A stretch of DNA of 64,000 nucleotides from an uncultured delta proteobacterium. Lineage in GTDB: Bacteria; Myxococcota; Myxococcia; Myxococcales; Myxococcaceae. The notes below the pieces were generated by a model. It was not told the origin of the DNA. It ran no database searches and worked only from the letters and a program-made list of their open reading frames with translations. Below are positions 1 to 11,191 of this stretch, one piece after another (within the stretch, counting starts at the first letter, position 1; each line of letters begins with the position of its first letter). The position numbers and the translations under genes are program-made. The stretch lies in NCBI GenBank assembly GCA_963771175.1, contig CAVYSY010000030.1, forward strand, positions 1-64,000, in the 5' to 3' direction.

Positions 1-1018
1 GCAGCAGCTGTGGAACAACCGGATCGCCCAGGCCGAGCTGGCCAAGGACGAGAGCGTGGTGGTGGAGCTGCTGCGCCACTGGCTGAAGGCCGGGGAGTTC
101 GAGCTGCTGGCCAAGGCCATCTTCGTCTTCGGCGATCGGCTGTCCCTGGCCTTCACCTCGGACGGAGAGCTCGCCGTCCGCAAGGTGGAGTTCGCCGAGT
201 ATTTGAAGACGGTGGACGAGAAGGCGCTGCTCTCGGACGCGGAGTTCTTCCGCTTGCTGAACCAGCACGCCATCTCCTCCACGCTGATGGCCCAGGCGGA
301 CGCCGAGGTGTACCGCAGCCTCCGCGAGGAGTTCGGCTCCAACGGCGTGGCGAACCTGCTCGAGGGCCTGTCGCCACGTCATGGGGCGCTGCTGTTCGGG
401 CACGTGCCCACCGACTGCCAGCAGGACGTGGCGCGGATCATGTCGCCCGAGCTGCGGGTGCAGGTCGCCGACGAGCTGCTCGCATCCAACCGCATCTCGA
501 AGGACGAGACGGTCCACCTGTTCGAGGTGCTCAACGCCGCGCGCGCGGGGAAGCCGCTTCCTCCGGCGCCTCCGGCCCAGGGCATCCTGGACCGGGGTCG
601 CGAGTTCGACGCCGCCGGCGCGCTCTCGGTGCTGTTGCCGCTGCTTGAGTCCTCCGAGCGCGGTGCGCTGTTCGCGCGGGCGCTGGGGCGCTCCGGCGGG
701 ACGCTGCCGCGCTGGTACCAGGACATCCTCTACGGCGACATGCTGCTCAAGCTGCCCGACGAGCTCCAGAGGGACCTGCTGCTCGACATCGACGTCCGGG
801 GGCTCGCCGGCTGGTCTTCGGTGCAGCAGCCCGCGTGGCAGGAGAGCTTCATCGCGCGGCTCGCGCCGGCGATGCAGAACGCCATCCGCGCCAACATGTC
901 GTTCATCTCGCGCGAGGAGCAGCTCAGGGCCGCGCGGCGCGGCCAGAACGAGTTGATCTCTGCCGTGAAGAAACAGGTCGCGCGAGGGAAGGTCTCCTTC
1001 GCGGAGATCATCGCCTAG
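1..1018 (+). CDS. FliG-like protein (FliG middle and C-terminal domains), 5' end outside the window
   Basis: Frame is open from base 2. LEGLSPRHGALLFGHV..ELRVQVA..SNRIS resembles the FliG middle domain; ILYGDMLLKLPDELQRDLLLDID..GQNELISAVKKQVARGKVSF resembles the FliG C-terminal domain. Confidence 0.6.
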   Translation, partial: QQLWNNRIAQAELAKDESVVVELLRHWLKAGEFELLAKAIFVFGDRLSLAFTSDGELAVRKVEFAEYLKTVDEKALLSDAEFFRLLNQHAISSTLMAQADAEVYRSLREEFGSNGVANLLEGLSPRHGALLFGHVPTDCQQDVARIMSPELRVQVADELLASNRISKDETVHLFEVLNAARAGKPLPPAPPAQGILDRGREFDAAGALSVLLPLLESSERGALFARALGRSGGTLPRWYQDILYGDMLLKLPDELQRDLLLDIDVRGLAGWSSVQQPAWQESFIARLAPAMQNAIRANMSFISREEQLRAARRGQNELISAVKKQVARGKVSFAEIIA

Positions 1019-1032
1019 GTGGGGTGGACGGG

Positions 1033-3037
1033 ATGGACCGCGCGCGCCTGCTGATCATCGGTGTCACTGCCATCGCCGTCGCCGCCTGCGAGAAGGTGCC
1101 GATCGTCGACATCAACGCGGGCTTCTCGCTCGCGGACGTGGCCTGGTTCGAGGAGGAGGACACGCTCTTCGTCTTCTACCAGGCCAACGCCGAGCAGGGA
1201 CTGGGGCCCGAGAGCCAGCTCGAACTCGCGTTCCGCACCGATCACTTCGAGCTGCCCTGGACGCCGCTGTCACAGCTCAGCAAGGTGCACACCCACGTTC
1301 CGGTCGACTGCGGCCCCAAAAGCGTGTGCGGCAGCACCAGCCTGGCGCTTGCCGAGCCGCCGCGCGACGTGAGGTTGCGGCTGCGCTACCACCGTGACGG
1401 CGAGATGACGCTGAACGCGCCCGTGGCCCTCAACATCATCGGCAGGGGGCCGGCGCACACGAACCGGAGCCTGCTGGTGTACGGCGTGTTCGACGAAACC
1501 AACACGCACGTGCAATGGCGCGCCCGGCACCAGTTCCCGACGCTGCGGAACCACGAGGTGCAGAAGTACGGGCTGCGGCGCCACTTCTCCATCGCCGACC
1601 GGCGGCACGGCGCCATCGCCGCGAACTTCGGCGAGAACCCGTACGGCTACGGTTCGGTTCAGGGCTGTCCGGGAGCGCTGCTGCCGCTGGACTTCGGACC
1701 GGTGGAAACCACCGATCGGGCCGTGTTCGACGTGGGCACGCTTCCGCTGTCGGCGTCCGAGTCCCCGGTCGTCTGTGCGCGCTCGACCGTCACCGATGCA
1801 CAGGGGGGCACCTTCGATGCGGTGGCGCTGGCGCGGAAGAACCCGCAGGTCCGCCCGGCCTTACCCGGTCCTGCGCAGCCCGATCACCGAGAACACCCCG
1901 ATCAAGTTCATGTTGAGCCCGTGCCAACGGACGATCTCCTCGCCGCACTACAAGATGCAGGAGCAGCGCCTCTTCCTCGAGGACGCTCCGGAGATCTGCA
2001 TCGACGACTGGAACGCTCCCGGGTTCGCCGACGAGCTCGCCGCCCAGTTCCGCACGCGGATCGATCAGGTGCGGATGCAGGGGCGGGACATGGTCCTCGT
2101 GCTGGGTTTCCATCACGACGACACGACGGGCCGGCTGGGCGCCGTGCTCGAGGAGGCGCTCCAGAAAGTGCTGCCCTTCGAGCGGGACAAGAGCTCGCCG
2201 CGGGTCACCGGTGCCTTCGTCTATGACAGCGTGGTGCACGTCGTCGGGCGCCCGGAACTTCGGCGACTGGTGTTGTGGTGCCCACCCAACCACTCGGTCA
2301 ACGACCTCGACGAGGTCCCAGCAGAAGCGTCGAGCAATTGCCCCGCGGTGTCGGAGATCCCCGACCTCCAGCTCGGGCCGTTCCGCTTCAATCAGATCCC
2401 CATCCTGACAACCCGTGCGCAGTACCTCAGGTTCATCGAGAAGTACTCGGAGGTCCAGGCGGGGAGAATGACCTCGATGTCGTTCCGGGCTCCCGAGCAC
2501 ACGCCGCTCTCCGACAACATACCGGTCGGAGAGTTCGGGACCGCGACCTTCTACAACAACGAGCTCCTCACGGCGGAGCCGGGCGATGCGTTCTCCTATT
2601 GCCCGGACGCGGACACGAGGAAGATTGTGTTCCGCACCCCGCTCACGTCGGAGCCGGTAGGGCTCGAGCTGCTTCCCGAGCTGCACCAGTCGGCCCCGCA
2701 GCCCGCGTATGCGCTCGGGCTGTTCTGGGACTTCCCGTTCCTGTTGAAGGCGGAATACGAGAGCTATCTCGCCGGAGCCGCGACGGCCTACTCGTTCACC
2801 GTGCCGTTCGGAATCGTCAGCTCCCGCGAGGAGACCTGGGCAAGCGAGCTGTGGATGACGGGCGAGTTCCCCGTGGGCGACATCCTGGCGCAATGCACGC
2901 GCTTCTGCGCTCACCCGACGTTCGATACGAGCGTCACCTACAATGTTCAGGCGCTGTTCCGGGACGCCTACCGCATGCAGTGCTATCGCCCGATGTTCCC
3001 GCGACCGGGTGACGGAGGCTTCCCGCATGATCCGTAG
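1033..3037 (+). CDS. Large lipoprotein of unknown function (one frameshift near 1860)
   Basis: ATG 1033, lipobox IAVAAC. ORFs 835..2226 and 1775..3037 join at RPA/YPVLRS if one base is removed. Confidence 0.75.
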
Positions 3038-3842
3038 CCTCCTCGTCCTCTTCGTCCTCCTGTCGTTGCCGCGCGCCGTGCTGGCCGCGGAAGCGCAGGC
3101 CCCGGAACCGTCCCCTGCCGACCCCGAGAAGGTCGACGACACGCTGGAGGGCTTCCGCACGCCGCTCGACGCGCTCAACGAGCGGATGATCGGCGCAGCC
3201 TCGAAGTCGGTGCGTTTCGACTGGCGGAAGTCCACCCTCGGGTTTGGGCTGATCGGCAGCGAGCTCCTCGAGCGGAACAACTTCAGCAGCACCCGCCTTG
3301 GACTCATGGCGCGCAAGCCGTTCGGGAGCTTCGTGGGGGAGGTGGCCATTACCCGCGCGTTCACGTGGGGAACCGACAGCACCGAGAAGCTGGCGCTCAC
3401 GCCGTACCGCCAACACGGCCGCCCCAGCCGCTTCGAGCTCGACATCAACGTCGGGTACCCGTTGGCGGAGGGCGTGGTGACCACGCTGCCTGGCTTCTTC
3501 CCCGCGACCGAGCTGGTGTTCTCGGCCAACGCCGGCTTCCGCTACCTCTTCTACCCGGGCTCGATGGGCGGCATGAAGTTCCAGGAGGTCGCCACCTCGC
3601 TTCTCGCGCCGCGCCTCACCGACCACGAGCTGGGGCAGCTCGAGTCCTCGCGGCCGGGCGGCATGCAGATCGACCCTGCCCGGTATGGCCTCCTCGCGGG
3701 GCTCTCCGTGGACGTGTACTTCGGGTCCGGAGGTTTCCTTTCGCCGCGAGCGATGATGGCCGTGCCGCTGTTGGGCGGCGTCACCGGAACAGGCCTGGGG
3801 TTCTGGTGGGAGCTCTCGCTCGCTTTGGGCTGGACACTCTGA
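3027..3842 (+). CDS. Secreted, probable outer-membrane beta-barrel protein
   Basis: Signal peptide MIRSLLVLFVLLSLPRAVLA; amphipathic strands; C-terminus WWELSLALGWTL; overlaps the previous stop. Confidence 0.65.
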   Translation: MIRSLLVLFVLLSLPRAVLAAEAQAPEPSPADPEKVDDTLEGFRTPLDALNERMIGAASKSVRFDWRKSTLGFGLIGSELLERNNFSSTRLGLMARKPFGSFVGEVAITRAFTWGTDSTEKLALTPYRQHGRPSRFELDINVGYPLAEGVVTTLPGFFPATELVFSANAGFRYLFYPGSMGGMKFQEVATSLLAPRLTDHELGQLESSRPGGMQIDPARYGLLAGLSVDVYFGSGGFLSPRAMMAVPLLGGVTGTGLGFWWELSLALGWTL

Positions 3843-5751
3843 TGCGCTGGGTCGTCGCCCTCATCGCTGGCCTGTTGTCGAGCGCCGCGGCCGCGGAGGC
3901 GACGGCGTCCAGGCAGACCTTGGTCTTCTACAACGCGCGCCTCGCGCTCCGGGACGATCGTCCGGCGGACGTGCTCAAGCTGTGGCTGCTTCGCAACAGC
4001 CTTCTCCAGCAGGGCGAGCGCCCGCGAGATGATGCTGAGTTCCGCTCGGTGGTGTGGGCAGCGCTCGGGAGCCTCGGGCTGTGCCAGGACGGGTTCGATG
4101 ATGACGAGCGAGAGGGCGCGGGCCTTTGGCCGCTCGCGCTGCACAACTGGTCGTCCACGGGCTCAGCAGAGGCCCGCCGCCCTCGATGCCCGCGCCGTGG
4201 GACGTCTTCGAGGTCGGGCGCCAGCAGCGGTCCATCTCGCTGCAGGACGTGCTCTCGGCGGAGGAGCTGCGCTCGGTGACCTTCTTCCGGACCGACTGCC
4301 TGCTGCCGGCCACCACGGCGCTGCGGTTCGGACGGACCCCGTTCCTCGACCTCAAGGATCGACTGAGCGCGGGCTGGCTCCTGCGCGACCTGCTGGTGAA
4401 GTCGCGCGCCACCCTGGTGCGGGAGAAGGTCCGGAACCTGTCGGTGGTGGAGGCGCGCATCTTCGATCTCGACCTGGTGCTCGCGGACCTGGAGGCGCGC
4501 AAGGCGCGTCGCAACGCTCGGAGTATCGCGCAGCAGGCCCGGGTGGCCGGCGTCTCCGCGGCCGGCGCGGCGGAGCTCCGGGGCAAGCTGGAGACCCTCC
4601 CCGAGGACTCGCCGCAGGCGGCGTTCCTTCGACGAAGCCTGACCTGGACCCCGCAGGAGTGGCTGGCGCTGAACCGGGAGCGGCGGCTGTTCCTGTTCGC
4701 CCGGGCGCAACCGCTGTCGAAGGAGCCGGACGCGCGCCAGAAGCTCATGCTCGGGATCATCGACGAGCTGCTCCGCCGCAAGGACGGGAAGGAGCTCGAG
4801 GCATGGATCGGTTTCGTGGGAGCGAGCGACTCGACGGAGCTGCGCGGCGCGCTGACCTCGGGCGAACGAGGCAAGCGCCTCCTCGAGCTCGATGAGAGCA
4901 CCGGGTTCCGCGAGCGCGCAGTCGTCGCGCTGCACCGGGGTGTGGGCTTCCTGGAGGCGGGAGAGCTGCAGGAGTCCCTGCGCTCGTTCGCGTACGCCAT
5001 GCAGCAGGCCGAGACCTCGCGCGAGGCGACCGTCACCCTGGGTCTCGCACGGCGGTGGCTGTCGTACGTGCTCTCCCGCTACGAGACCAACGACGAGGTC
5101 ATCGCCACGCTGAAGGCGCTGGTTCCGCGACAGGAGTACAACGCGGTCATCGAGGATCTGGTCTGGCGCGCAGCGCTGCGCGCCGATGATCGCTCGTTCG
5201 AGCGGATAACCCGGACTGCCCGGCGCGGTGGCTCCTTCGACGCGACGCTCGCGCGGCTCCAGCCGCTGTCGCAGGGCAAGCCGGGAGAGCTCGCGACGCG
5301 GCTGCGCGACGCCCTCCCCGAGGAGCCCTCGTCGGTGCTGAGGTTCGTGCGACAGCTCATCGAGAACATCGAAGCGGAAGATGCGGACGTCCGCCGGGCC
5401 AACGTTCCGACGCTCGAGCGCGTGCTCGAGGTGCTCCGGCCCCTGACCGTCGAATCCAGAACGGCGAAGTCGCAGAGCCGGACGGCCGACGAGCTCATGG
5501 AGCGGACCCAGTCGATCCTCGACGGCCTGAGTCACCTCGACGACTCGATGAGCGGGAACGCGCGGGCGCTGTCACCCACGCGCTCGACCTTTGCCGGGAG
5601 CATCCGCCTCGCGCCGGCCGATCCGCTGCCATGGCCCTTCAGGCCGCCCGAGCCCGAGGCGCCGTCCGTCTTCACGCCGATCGTGCTCGAGCCGGTGGAG
5701 TGGCGAGACGCGAAGGGCGCACTCGTCTTCGGGTGGAGGCTCACCGAATGA
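3842..5751 (+). CDS. Secreted alpha-helical (TPR-like) hypothetical protein (frameshift near 4150)
   Basis: TGATG coupling; signal peptide MRWVVALIAGLLSSAAAA; continues in ORF 4126..5751. Confidence 0.7.
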
Positions 5752-6395
5752 CCCCCGGGGAGCTTCGGCGCGAGCTGCGCCGGCGCAAGAAGGAGCTGCG
5801 CCGCTCGGCAGGGCTCATGAGGCGGGCGGCACGCGAGCGGATGGAACAGGTCCCATCCGTCCGACGCGAGAAGAGGCGGAGACGTATTCGTCGAGCGGTG
5901 ATGATCGCCGCGCTGCTGCTCCTGGCGATGTTGATGCGCTGTGAGTGCGAGCCGTCGCCGCCCGCGCCGCCACCGGAGCCGGTGGTGAAACCCGCGCCGG
6001 AGGTGAAGCCGAAGAAGCCCGCGCCGCCCGCGAACAAGCCGAAGGCATTCAGCGATCGGATGGAGCGCCAGCGGCGGGGGAGCTACCAGAACGAGGGGCA
6101 GACCTCGCCGAGCTGGCTGGACGACTTCCGCCTTCAGGTCGCGGCGCGCAGCCCGCGCCTGGCCCAGTGCTTCAGTGGGACCGATCGACCCGGGGCTCTG
6201 CGCTGGACGGCCGCGGTGAACGCCGCGAGCGGCTCCGTCTCCGACCATGCGCTCGAGCTCGTGGGAATGGGCGGCGAGCTGAGCGGGAAGCAACGCGACT
6301 GCGTCCTGGGCGTCCTCTCCAGCCCGGGCTACCGGCTGAAGCCCGAGCAGAAGCAGGACCTGCCCAGTCGGGTCAGCATCGTCATCGAGTTCTGA
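5748..6395 (+). CDS. Membrane-anchored TonB/AgmX-like protein (TM helix, Pro/Lys linker, C-terminal domain)
   Basis: ATGA overlap; basic N-terminus, TM helix, PPAPPPEPVVKPAPEVKPKKP linker, C-terminal RLAQCF...CVLGVL..RVSIVIEF. Confidence 0.6.
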   Translation: MTPGELRRELRRRKKELRRSAGLMRRAARERMEQVPSVRREKRRRRIRRAVMIAALLLLAMLMRCECEPSPPAPPPEPVVKPAPEVKPKKPAPPANKPKAFSDRMERQRRGSYQNEGQTSPSWLDDFRLQVAARSPRLAQCFSGTDRPGALRWTAAVNAASGSVSDHALELVGMGGELSGKQRDCVLGVLSSPGYRLKPEQKQDLPSRVSIVIEF

Positions 6396-6434
6396 CGAGG
6401 GGCTCGAATCGGAGCAGCCGCGACTCGCCGACCC

Positions 6435-7021
6435 AGCAGGTGCGGAGGAGGCGAGCGTGGCGCTTGAAGCAGCGGTCAGCAAGGAGCCGATGAAGGAGAG
6501 GACGTCGGGAGTGGACTGGGCGGAGGTGCTCAGGAGGACGTTCGACGTCGACGTATGGGCCTGCGTGAGGTGTGGAGGCAGGCGGAGGCTCTTGGCTTAC
6601 GTGAAGGAAGCGGGAGTGGCCCCGCCGCTGTCCGATCCACGTGGGACTACGTCAGGAAGTCGTAGCCCACCACGGAACGAAGCTGGTTGAGCGCCACGGA
6701 GGGCGGCAAGGCCTGCATCAGCGGATCCCTCGCCCACCGCGCCACCGGGTTGCGGAGGTACCGGATGGACCCCGCTCGCACGCTCAGCTCGGAAATGTGT
6801 GCCGTGCGAGGTTGGCAGCAAGCCGGAGTCGTGCGAGCGATTCTGGAGCACCTGGACTTGCCCACTGCTGGCAGCACCGCCAGGGCCGACGTGTGCCTCC
6901 TGGGGCTGCACTCTGCGTGCTCCGGCATGGCTCACTTCTCTTCGGCTCCCCTCAGCACCCTTCCCCTGCCTCTCTGCCCCATCCCCTGCCCTCAACCGTT
7001 CCCCCATTTCTCTTATGCGCT
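6435..7021 (+). mobile_element. IS91-family transposase 3' remnant plus element end, interrupted by a foreign fragment
   Basis: Translates DWAEVLRRTFDVDVWACVRCGGRRRLLAYVKEAG ... VRAILEHLDLPTAG (CxxC tail typical of IS91-like transposases); ends in CCCATTTCTCTTATGC. Confidence 0.65.
6647..6820 (-). pseudogene. C-terminal fragment resembling an FAD-dependent monooxygenase
   Basis: QPRTAHISELSVRAGSIRYLRNPVARWARDPLMQALPP...stop, embedded in the IS91 remnant. Confidence 0.4.
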
Positions 7022-7209
7022 GGACCTCACGCTCGCCCGGGAGTAGCGCCGGGGCTCGGCCCCTCCTGTCGGGAAGTCGGTTGCGGCCTCACCCTCGCGG
7101 GCTTCGTACGCCCAGACGATGCGCGTGAGGGCGCAGGGGCCCGCCCTTTCCCCGTCCCACCCCCCACTGGGCCTCTTCGGCCCGTGTGGAACCCCGGAGG
7201 AAGCCTGTC

Positions 7210-8017
7210 ATGTCGAGAGCCTTCAGAGCCCCTGGAGTCGCGGCCCTCGTGTTGGCGCTGTTCGCCACCGCGGCCTGGGCCGTCCCCCCGCCCAATGACG
7301 ACATCACCGGGGCGACGCTCATCCCGAGTGTCCCGTTCACCACCACGCAGGACACCCGCGAGGCCACCGTCGCTCCGGATGACCCCCAGTGCTCCGGACA
7401 GTCGGCCACCGTCTGGTACGTGTTCACCCCGACCACCGATGTCACGTTGCGCGCCCATACGTTCGGGAGCAACTACGACGCCGCCCTCTCGGTCTACACC
7501 GGGAGCCCCGGGCAACCTGACGCAGATTGGCTGCAACGATGACTCGATCGGCCTTCAGTCGCAGGTCATCTTCACCGCCCAGGCCGGCGTCACGTACTAC
7601 TTCATGGTGAGCGGCTTCGATGGGGTTGGCGGCGGAGACCTGGTCTTCACGCTCGAGGAGTTCACCCCGCTCACCTTCGAATTGGATGTCAATCCCAGGG
7701 GCACGGTGTCGCCCCGTCGATGGCGTCGTGACGATCAGCGGCACGGTCACCTGCAACAAGCCCGCGTCCGTCTCCATCTCCATCTCCGGGACACAGCGCG
7801 CCGGCCGGCTGCTCATCCGGGGAGTTCCGGCGTCTTCCTGACCTGCGACGGCGTGACGCCCTGGAGCACGACCTTCACGGGCTTCAACGGTCGCTTCACC
7901 GCCGGACGCATCCAGGTGACCGCCACCGGCAGCGCCTTCTCCGAGAGCACGGGAGAGTTCCTGGAGGACTCGGAGACCCGGACCGTCCAGCTCACCGGGG
8001 CGAAGACCCTTCGCTGA
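7210..8017 (+). CDS. Secreted protein with PPC-like and DUF6299-like beta-sandwich domains (about 3 frameshifts)
   Basis: Signal peptide, then PPNDD..TVWY.FT..GSNYD..LSVYTG..CNDD..AGVTYYFMV and ISGTVTCNKP; pieces lie in three frames. Confidence 0.65.
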
Positions 8018-8120
8018 GCTTCCAGCGATTGACGGTGCGACAGGCCCCGCCGAGACTGCCCGAGGATCGGCGTCATCTCGGAGGGGAGTACCTTGCGCAC
8101 CGTCATCCTCAGCTCCCCCA

Positions 8121-8294
8121 AGCAGGTGCGGAGGAGGCGAGCGTGGCGCTTGAAGCAGCGGTCAGCAAGGAGCCGATGAAGGAGAGGACGTCGGGAGTGG
8201 ACTGGGCGGAGGTGCTCAGGAGGACGTTCGACTTCGACGTATTGTCTGCCCCATTCCCCTGCCCTCAACCGTTCCCCCATTTCTCTTATGCGCT
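8121..8294 (+). mobile_element. Second IS91-like remnant (near-identical to 6435-6556 joined to 6973-7021)
   Basis: Direct comparison: about 122 bp of transposase tail fused to the about 50 bp end motif. Confidence 0.75.
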
Positions 8295-8437
8295 CGTGGT
8301 GATGCACGACGTGGCGCTCGCGCGGGCCTTGGAGGTGGTGCTGGACCAGGGCCACCTCGTGGAATGGGCCCTCCCGCTCAGGTGCTGGATGCCCCCCAGC
8401 ACGAGGCCACGCGCCGGTTGCTCGCCCAGGCACACGG

Positions 8438-9350
8438 TCACCTGGGAGCGGCATTGAGGCGGCGGTAGTAGATATCGAAGTCGCCGCCCGAGTCGTCCGA
8501 CCAGACGAGGTGCGCCCGCGAGCCATTGCTCGCGGTCGCATACTCGAAGGACGTGCCCGGCGTACCGCTCAGGTTCTCGATGGGGCCCAGCTTCGGCCCG
8601 GCCTTCCGGGTGGCCCGGGAGTAGATGTCGAAGTCCGTGAAGCTCCCCTCAGCCAGAAGACCCGGACCCCAGAGCCCGCCCGAACGAGCTGCGGCGCGAA
8701 GGAGCCGCCCGGGCTTTCACTCACGTTCACGGGGGCGAGGAACGTCTCTCCCCGATCGAAGCTCTGGGTGAGCAGGATCTCCTGCCGGCCCTCCGCGAAC
8801 GAGGCTGTCGCGAGATAGACACGGTTGCCTCGGACCAGCAGCGGGGTGGGCGCGCCCGTGAGGCCCAGCGATTCGCTGAGGTTCACGGCGGGTTCGAACG
8901 TGGCGCCCTCGTCCAGGCTCCTCGCATGGAACACACCTCCGCCCGCCGGCCAGGTCACGTGGACGGCGTCCCCCTCCAGCGCGATGTCGAACCCGGAGGC
9001 GACGTCGGCACGAGGCCCACTGAGGAGGCGGGCGTCCTCGAAGCTCGTCCCCCCGTTGGGGCTTCGCCGGTAGAAGAGCGCGGGATCATCCGCGGAGCTA
9101 CTGTCGTCCCAGATGACATGCACCGTCTCGCCCCGAGCCGCGATCCTCGCGGGCCCGAACAGGGTGGTGCCCGGGGTGAGATCGAGGATGGAGCCGAAGC
9201 TCCTGCCGTAATCATGGCTCGCCCGGAACAGGACGTCTCCCCGCTCGTTTCCGACCGACCTCCGCCACCTCCTCACGAGCGTGAGTGAGAAGACAGTGAG
9301 GTCGTGAAGGCGGCTTGCGCCATCGGGCTCGGAGGTGGCGGAGGTGTCTC
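8438..9350 (-). pseudogene. BNR/Asp-box (sialidase-like beta-propeller) protein, apparently 5'-truncated and frameshifted
   Basis: Asp-boxes SHDYGRSF, SPNGGTSF, SLDEGATF, SFDRGETF; last blade HLVWSDDSGGDFDIYYRR in another frame; no clear start or signal peptide. Confidence 0.6.
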
Positions 9351-9351
9351 C

Positions 9352-9383
9352 GAATCCACCCTTACAGGAAGTCTCTTATGCGC
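9352..9383 (+). repeat. Degenerate IS91-like end motif
   Basis: TCCACCCTTACAGGAAGTCTCTTATGCGC shares TCTCTTATGCGC with the copies ending at 7021 and 8294. Confidence 0.45.
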
Positions 9384-9439
9384 ACGACAGGGGCGCACCG
9401 GAACCCGGCGCGCCCCCATGCTTCATGCTTCACCCGTGC

Positions 9440-10792
9440 TCACGGAGGAGCCGGGAAGCAGCCACCGTCGTACAGCGCCCTGCTGCCGACGTTGGTGTTC
9501 ATCGGGCTCGGCTTGGGCGACTGCACCGTCGAGGGGGACTCACCATTGGGGCAGTTGCCGCTCGCGGGCTTGCAGCGCGAGGAGCCACTCTTGCGCATGG
9601 TGAAGTGCAGGTGCGAATTGCCGCCGGCGCTGCCGCTCTGACCCACGTAGCCGATGACGGTCTGGTCGGTGACGCCCGTGCCACTGGTGAAGTTGCCGTA
9701 GCCCGACAGGTGCGCGTAGATGGTGGTCACGCCCGTGGTGCCGTGGACGATCTCGACGTAGGTGCCGTAGCCCGTCCCATCCGAGGTCGACTTCTTGTAC
9801 GCCGTGCCACCGGCGGCCGCGTACACCGGCTGGCCGGTGGAGTTGGTGGCGCCTCCGCAGCTCGAGTTGGAGAGGTTGAAGTCGACGGCGTAGTAATCGT
9901 TGTTGCAGTTACCGTGGTAGTAATTGCCCCAGAACGAGCCGACGCCACCCGCCATCCAATAGGTGCCCCAGGAGAAGGGCACGTTGAGGGCAATGGGCGT
10001 GTTGGCCGCGATGCTGCCGCTATCACTGCCGAACCACTGGGTGCACGGCGCCGCCGCCATGCTCTGCATCGGCAGCCGCAGGGGCTGGAGCGGAGCGGCC
10101 AGCACGGCCTTGTCGCGGCCCTGGATGGTCCCCAGGCTCGCCTGCTCCTCGGCCCGGGTGCGCATCGCATCGAGGATGGGCAGCGCCTCTTCCAGCGTCA
10201 CGCTGGTGGCGGGCAGGATCGAGACAGACAGCACTTTGTCCTGGCCCCAGGGCACCGCCATTTCCAGCGCCACGTCCATGCCCTGCATCATCCTGTAGGC
10301 CACACCCTCCCGCCGGGCGAGCTCATACACGAGCGGATTCAGCGAGTCCGCGGCGAGCGCCTGCATCTGCGCGCCCGAGCTGCGCGAGGCCTCCATGCGC
10401 GCCTGGGCCCACTGGGTCACCGTCTTGCCCTCCAGCGGCACGGCGATGATGTCCACCTTCACCCGCTCCGGCGACATGTAGTGGGCGGGGTCTCCCGTCT
10501 GGATGCGCGAATCGTAGTCCACGAGGGTGATCGGACCACCGGAGGCCAGCTCGGTGGGGACCACGGCGTACCAGCCCTTCGGCAGCTCCAGCACGACATC
10601 GTTGTGAGGGTTTGAAATCCGCTGCGGCCCCTCGACGTGGACGGCGCCCAGGCCGGCCTTCGCCGCCGCGCTCTCCGGCTGCTCCGCCTGGGTGGCCTCC
10701 TCGGCGGGACCACAACCCGTGCCCGCCAGCAGCCCCGTCGCCAAGACGCCACAGGTCACCAGCGCTCTGCTCTTTGCTCCCCTGTTTTTCAT
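9440..10792 (-). CDS. M23 family metallopeptidase lipoprotein (probable peptidoglycan hydrolase)
   Basis: Lipobox AGTGC; H...YAVDF, PVYAAAGG, GYGTYVEIVH, YAHL and HLHF motifs. Confidence 0.85.
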   Translation of the reverse strand: MKNRGAKSRALVTCGVLATGLLAGTGCGPAEEATQAEQPESAAAKAGLGAVHVEGPQRISNPHNDVVLELPKGWYAVVPTELASGGPITLVDYDSRIQTGDPAHYMSPERVKVDIIAVPLEGKTVTQWAQARMEASRSSGAQMQALAADSLNPLVYELARREGVAYRMMQGMDVALEMAVPWGQDKVLSVSILPATSVTLEEALPILDAMRTRAEEQASLGTIQGRDKAVLAAPLQPLRLPMQSMAAAPCTQWFGSDSGSIAANTPIALNVPFSWGTYWMAGGVGSFWGNYYHGNCNNDYYAVDFNLSNSSCGGATNSTGQPVYAAAGGTAYKKSTSDGTGYGTYVEIVHGTTGVTTIYAHLSGYGNFTSGTGVTDQTVIGYVGQSGSAGGNSHLHFTMRKSGSSRCKPASGNCPNGESPSTVQSPKPSPMNTNVGSRALYDGGCFPAPP

Positions 10793-10959
10793 GAATTCTC
10801 CCGATTACAACTTACGAGCGAGTTCACCGCATTGATGCGAATGCCAATTATCCTGGAAAATGAGAAATAGTCAAAATGTGGAAATTCAGGAGTCATCAGA
10901 GGCACACGCCAGCCGATGCCGCCGAGGAGGGGACAGTGCGTGTGAAAGGAGGGAGGGGC

Positions 10960-11076
10960 GAGCCCCTACGGCACCGCCACCGTCAGCGCAGGCTGGTCGG
11001 CGTGCTGGTCATCGGCTATTCCGGGCCGCGCCGCGTCTCCCCGGACGAGATGGCCCTGGCGCGCGCCTGCGCCAAC
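10960..11076 (+). pseudogene. GAF-domain-like fragment
   Basis: RLVGVLVIGYSGPRRVSPDEMALARACAN, fused directly to an IS91 tail. Confidence 0.4.
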
Positions 11077-11191
11077 TGGGCTTGCCCACGGCAGGTGCGA
11101 GCCTGACCCCGGCGCGAGGGCCACATAAGGCCGCGTGGTGTTGAGGCTTACGCCGCCACAGCCCACTGGCCCAAACCCATTTCTCTTATGC
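11077..11191 (+). mobile_element. IS91-like transposase extreme C-terminus plus end motif
   Basis: LGLPTAGASLTPARGPHKAAWC-stop followed by CCCATTTCTCTTATGC. Confidence 0.65.

Noticed and set aside
1..1018. Assigning the symbol fliG or calling a flagellar cluster
   Set aside because: Similarity is by eye, the torque-helix charges are missing and there are no fliF or fliH neighbours.
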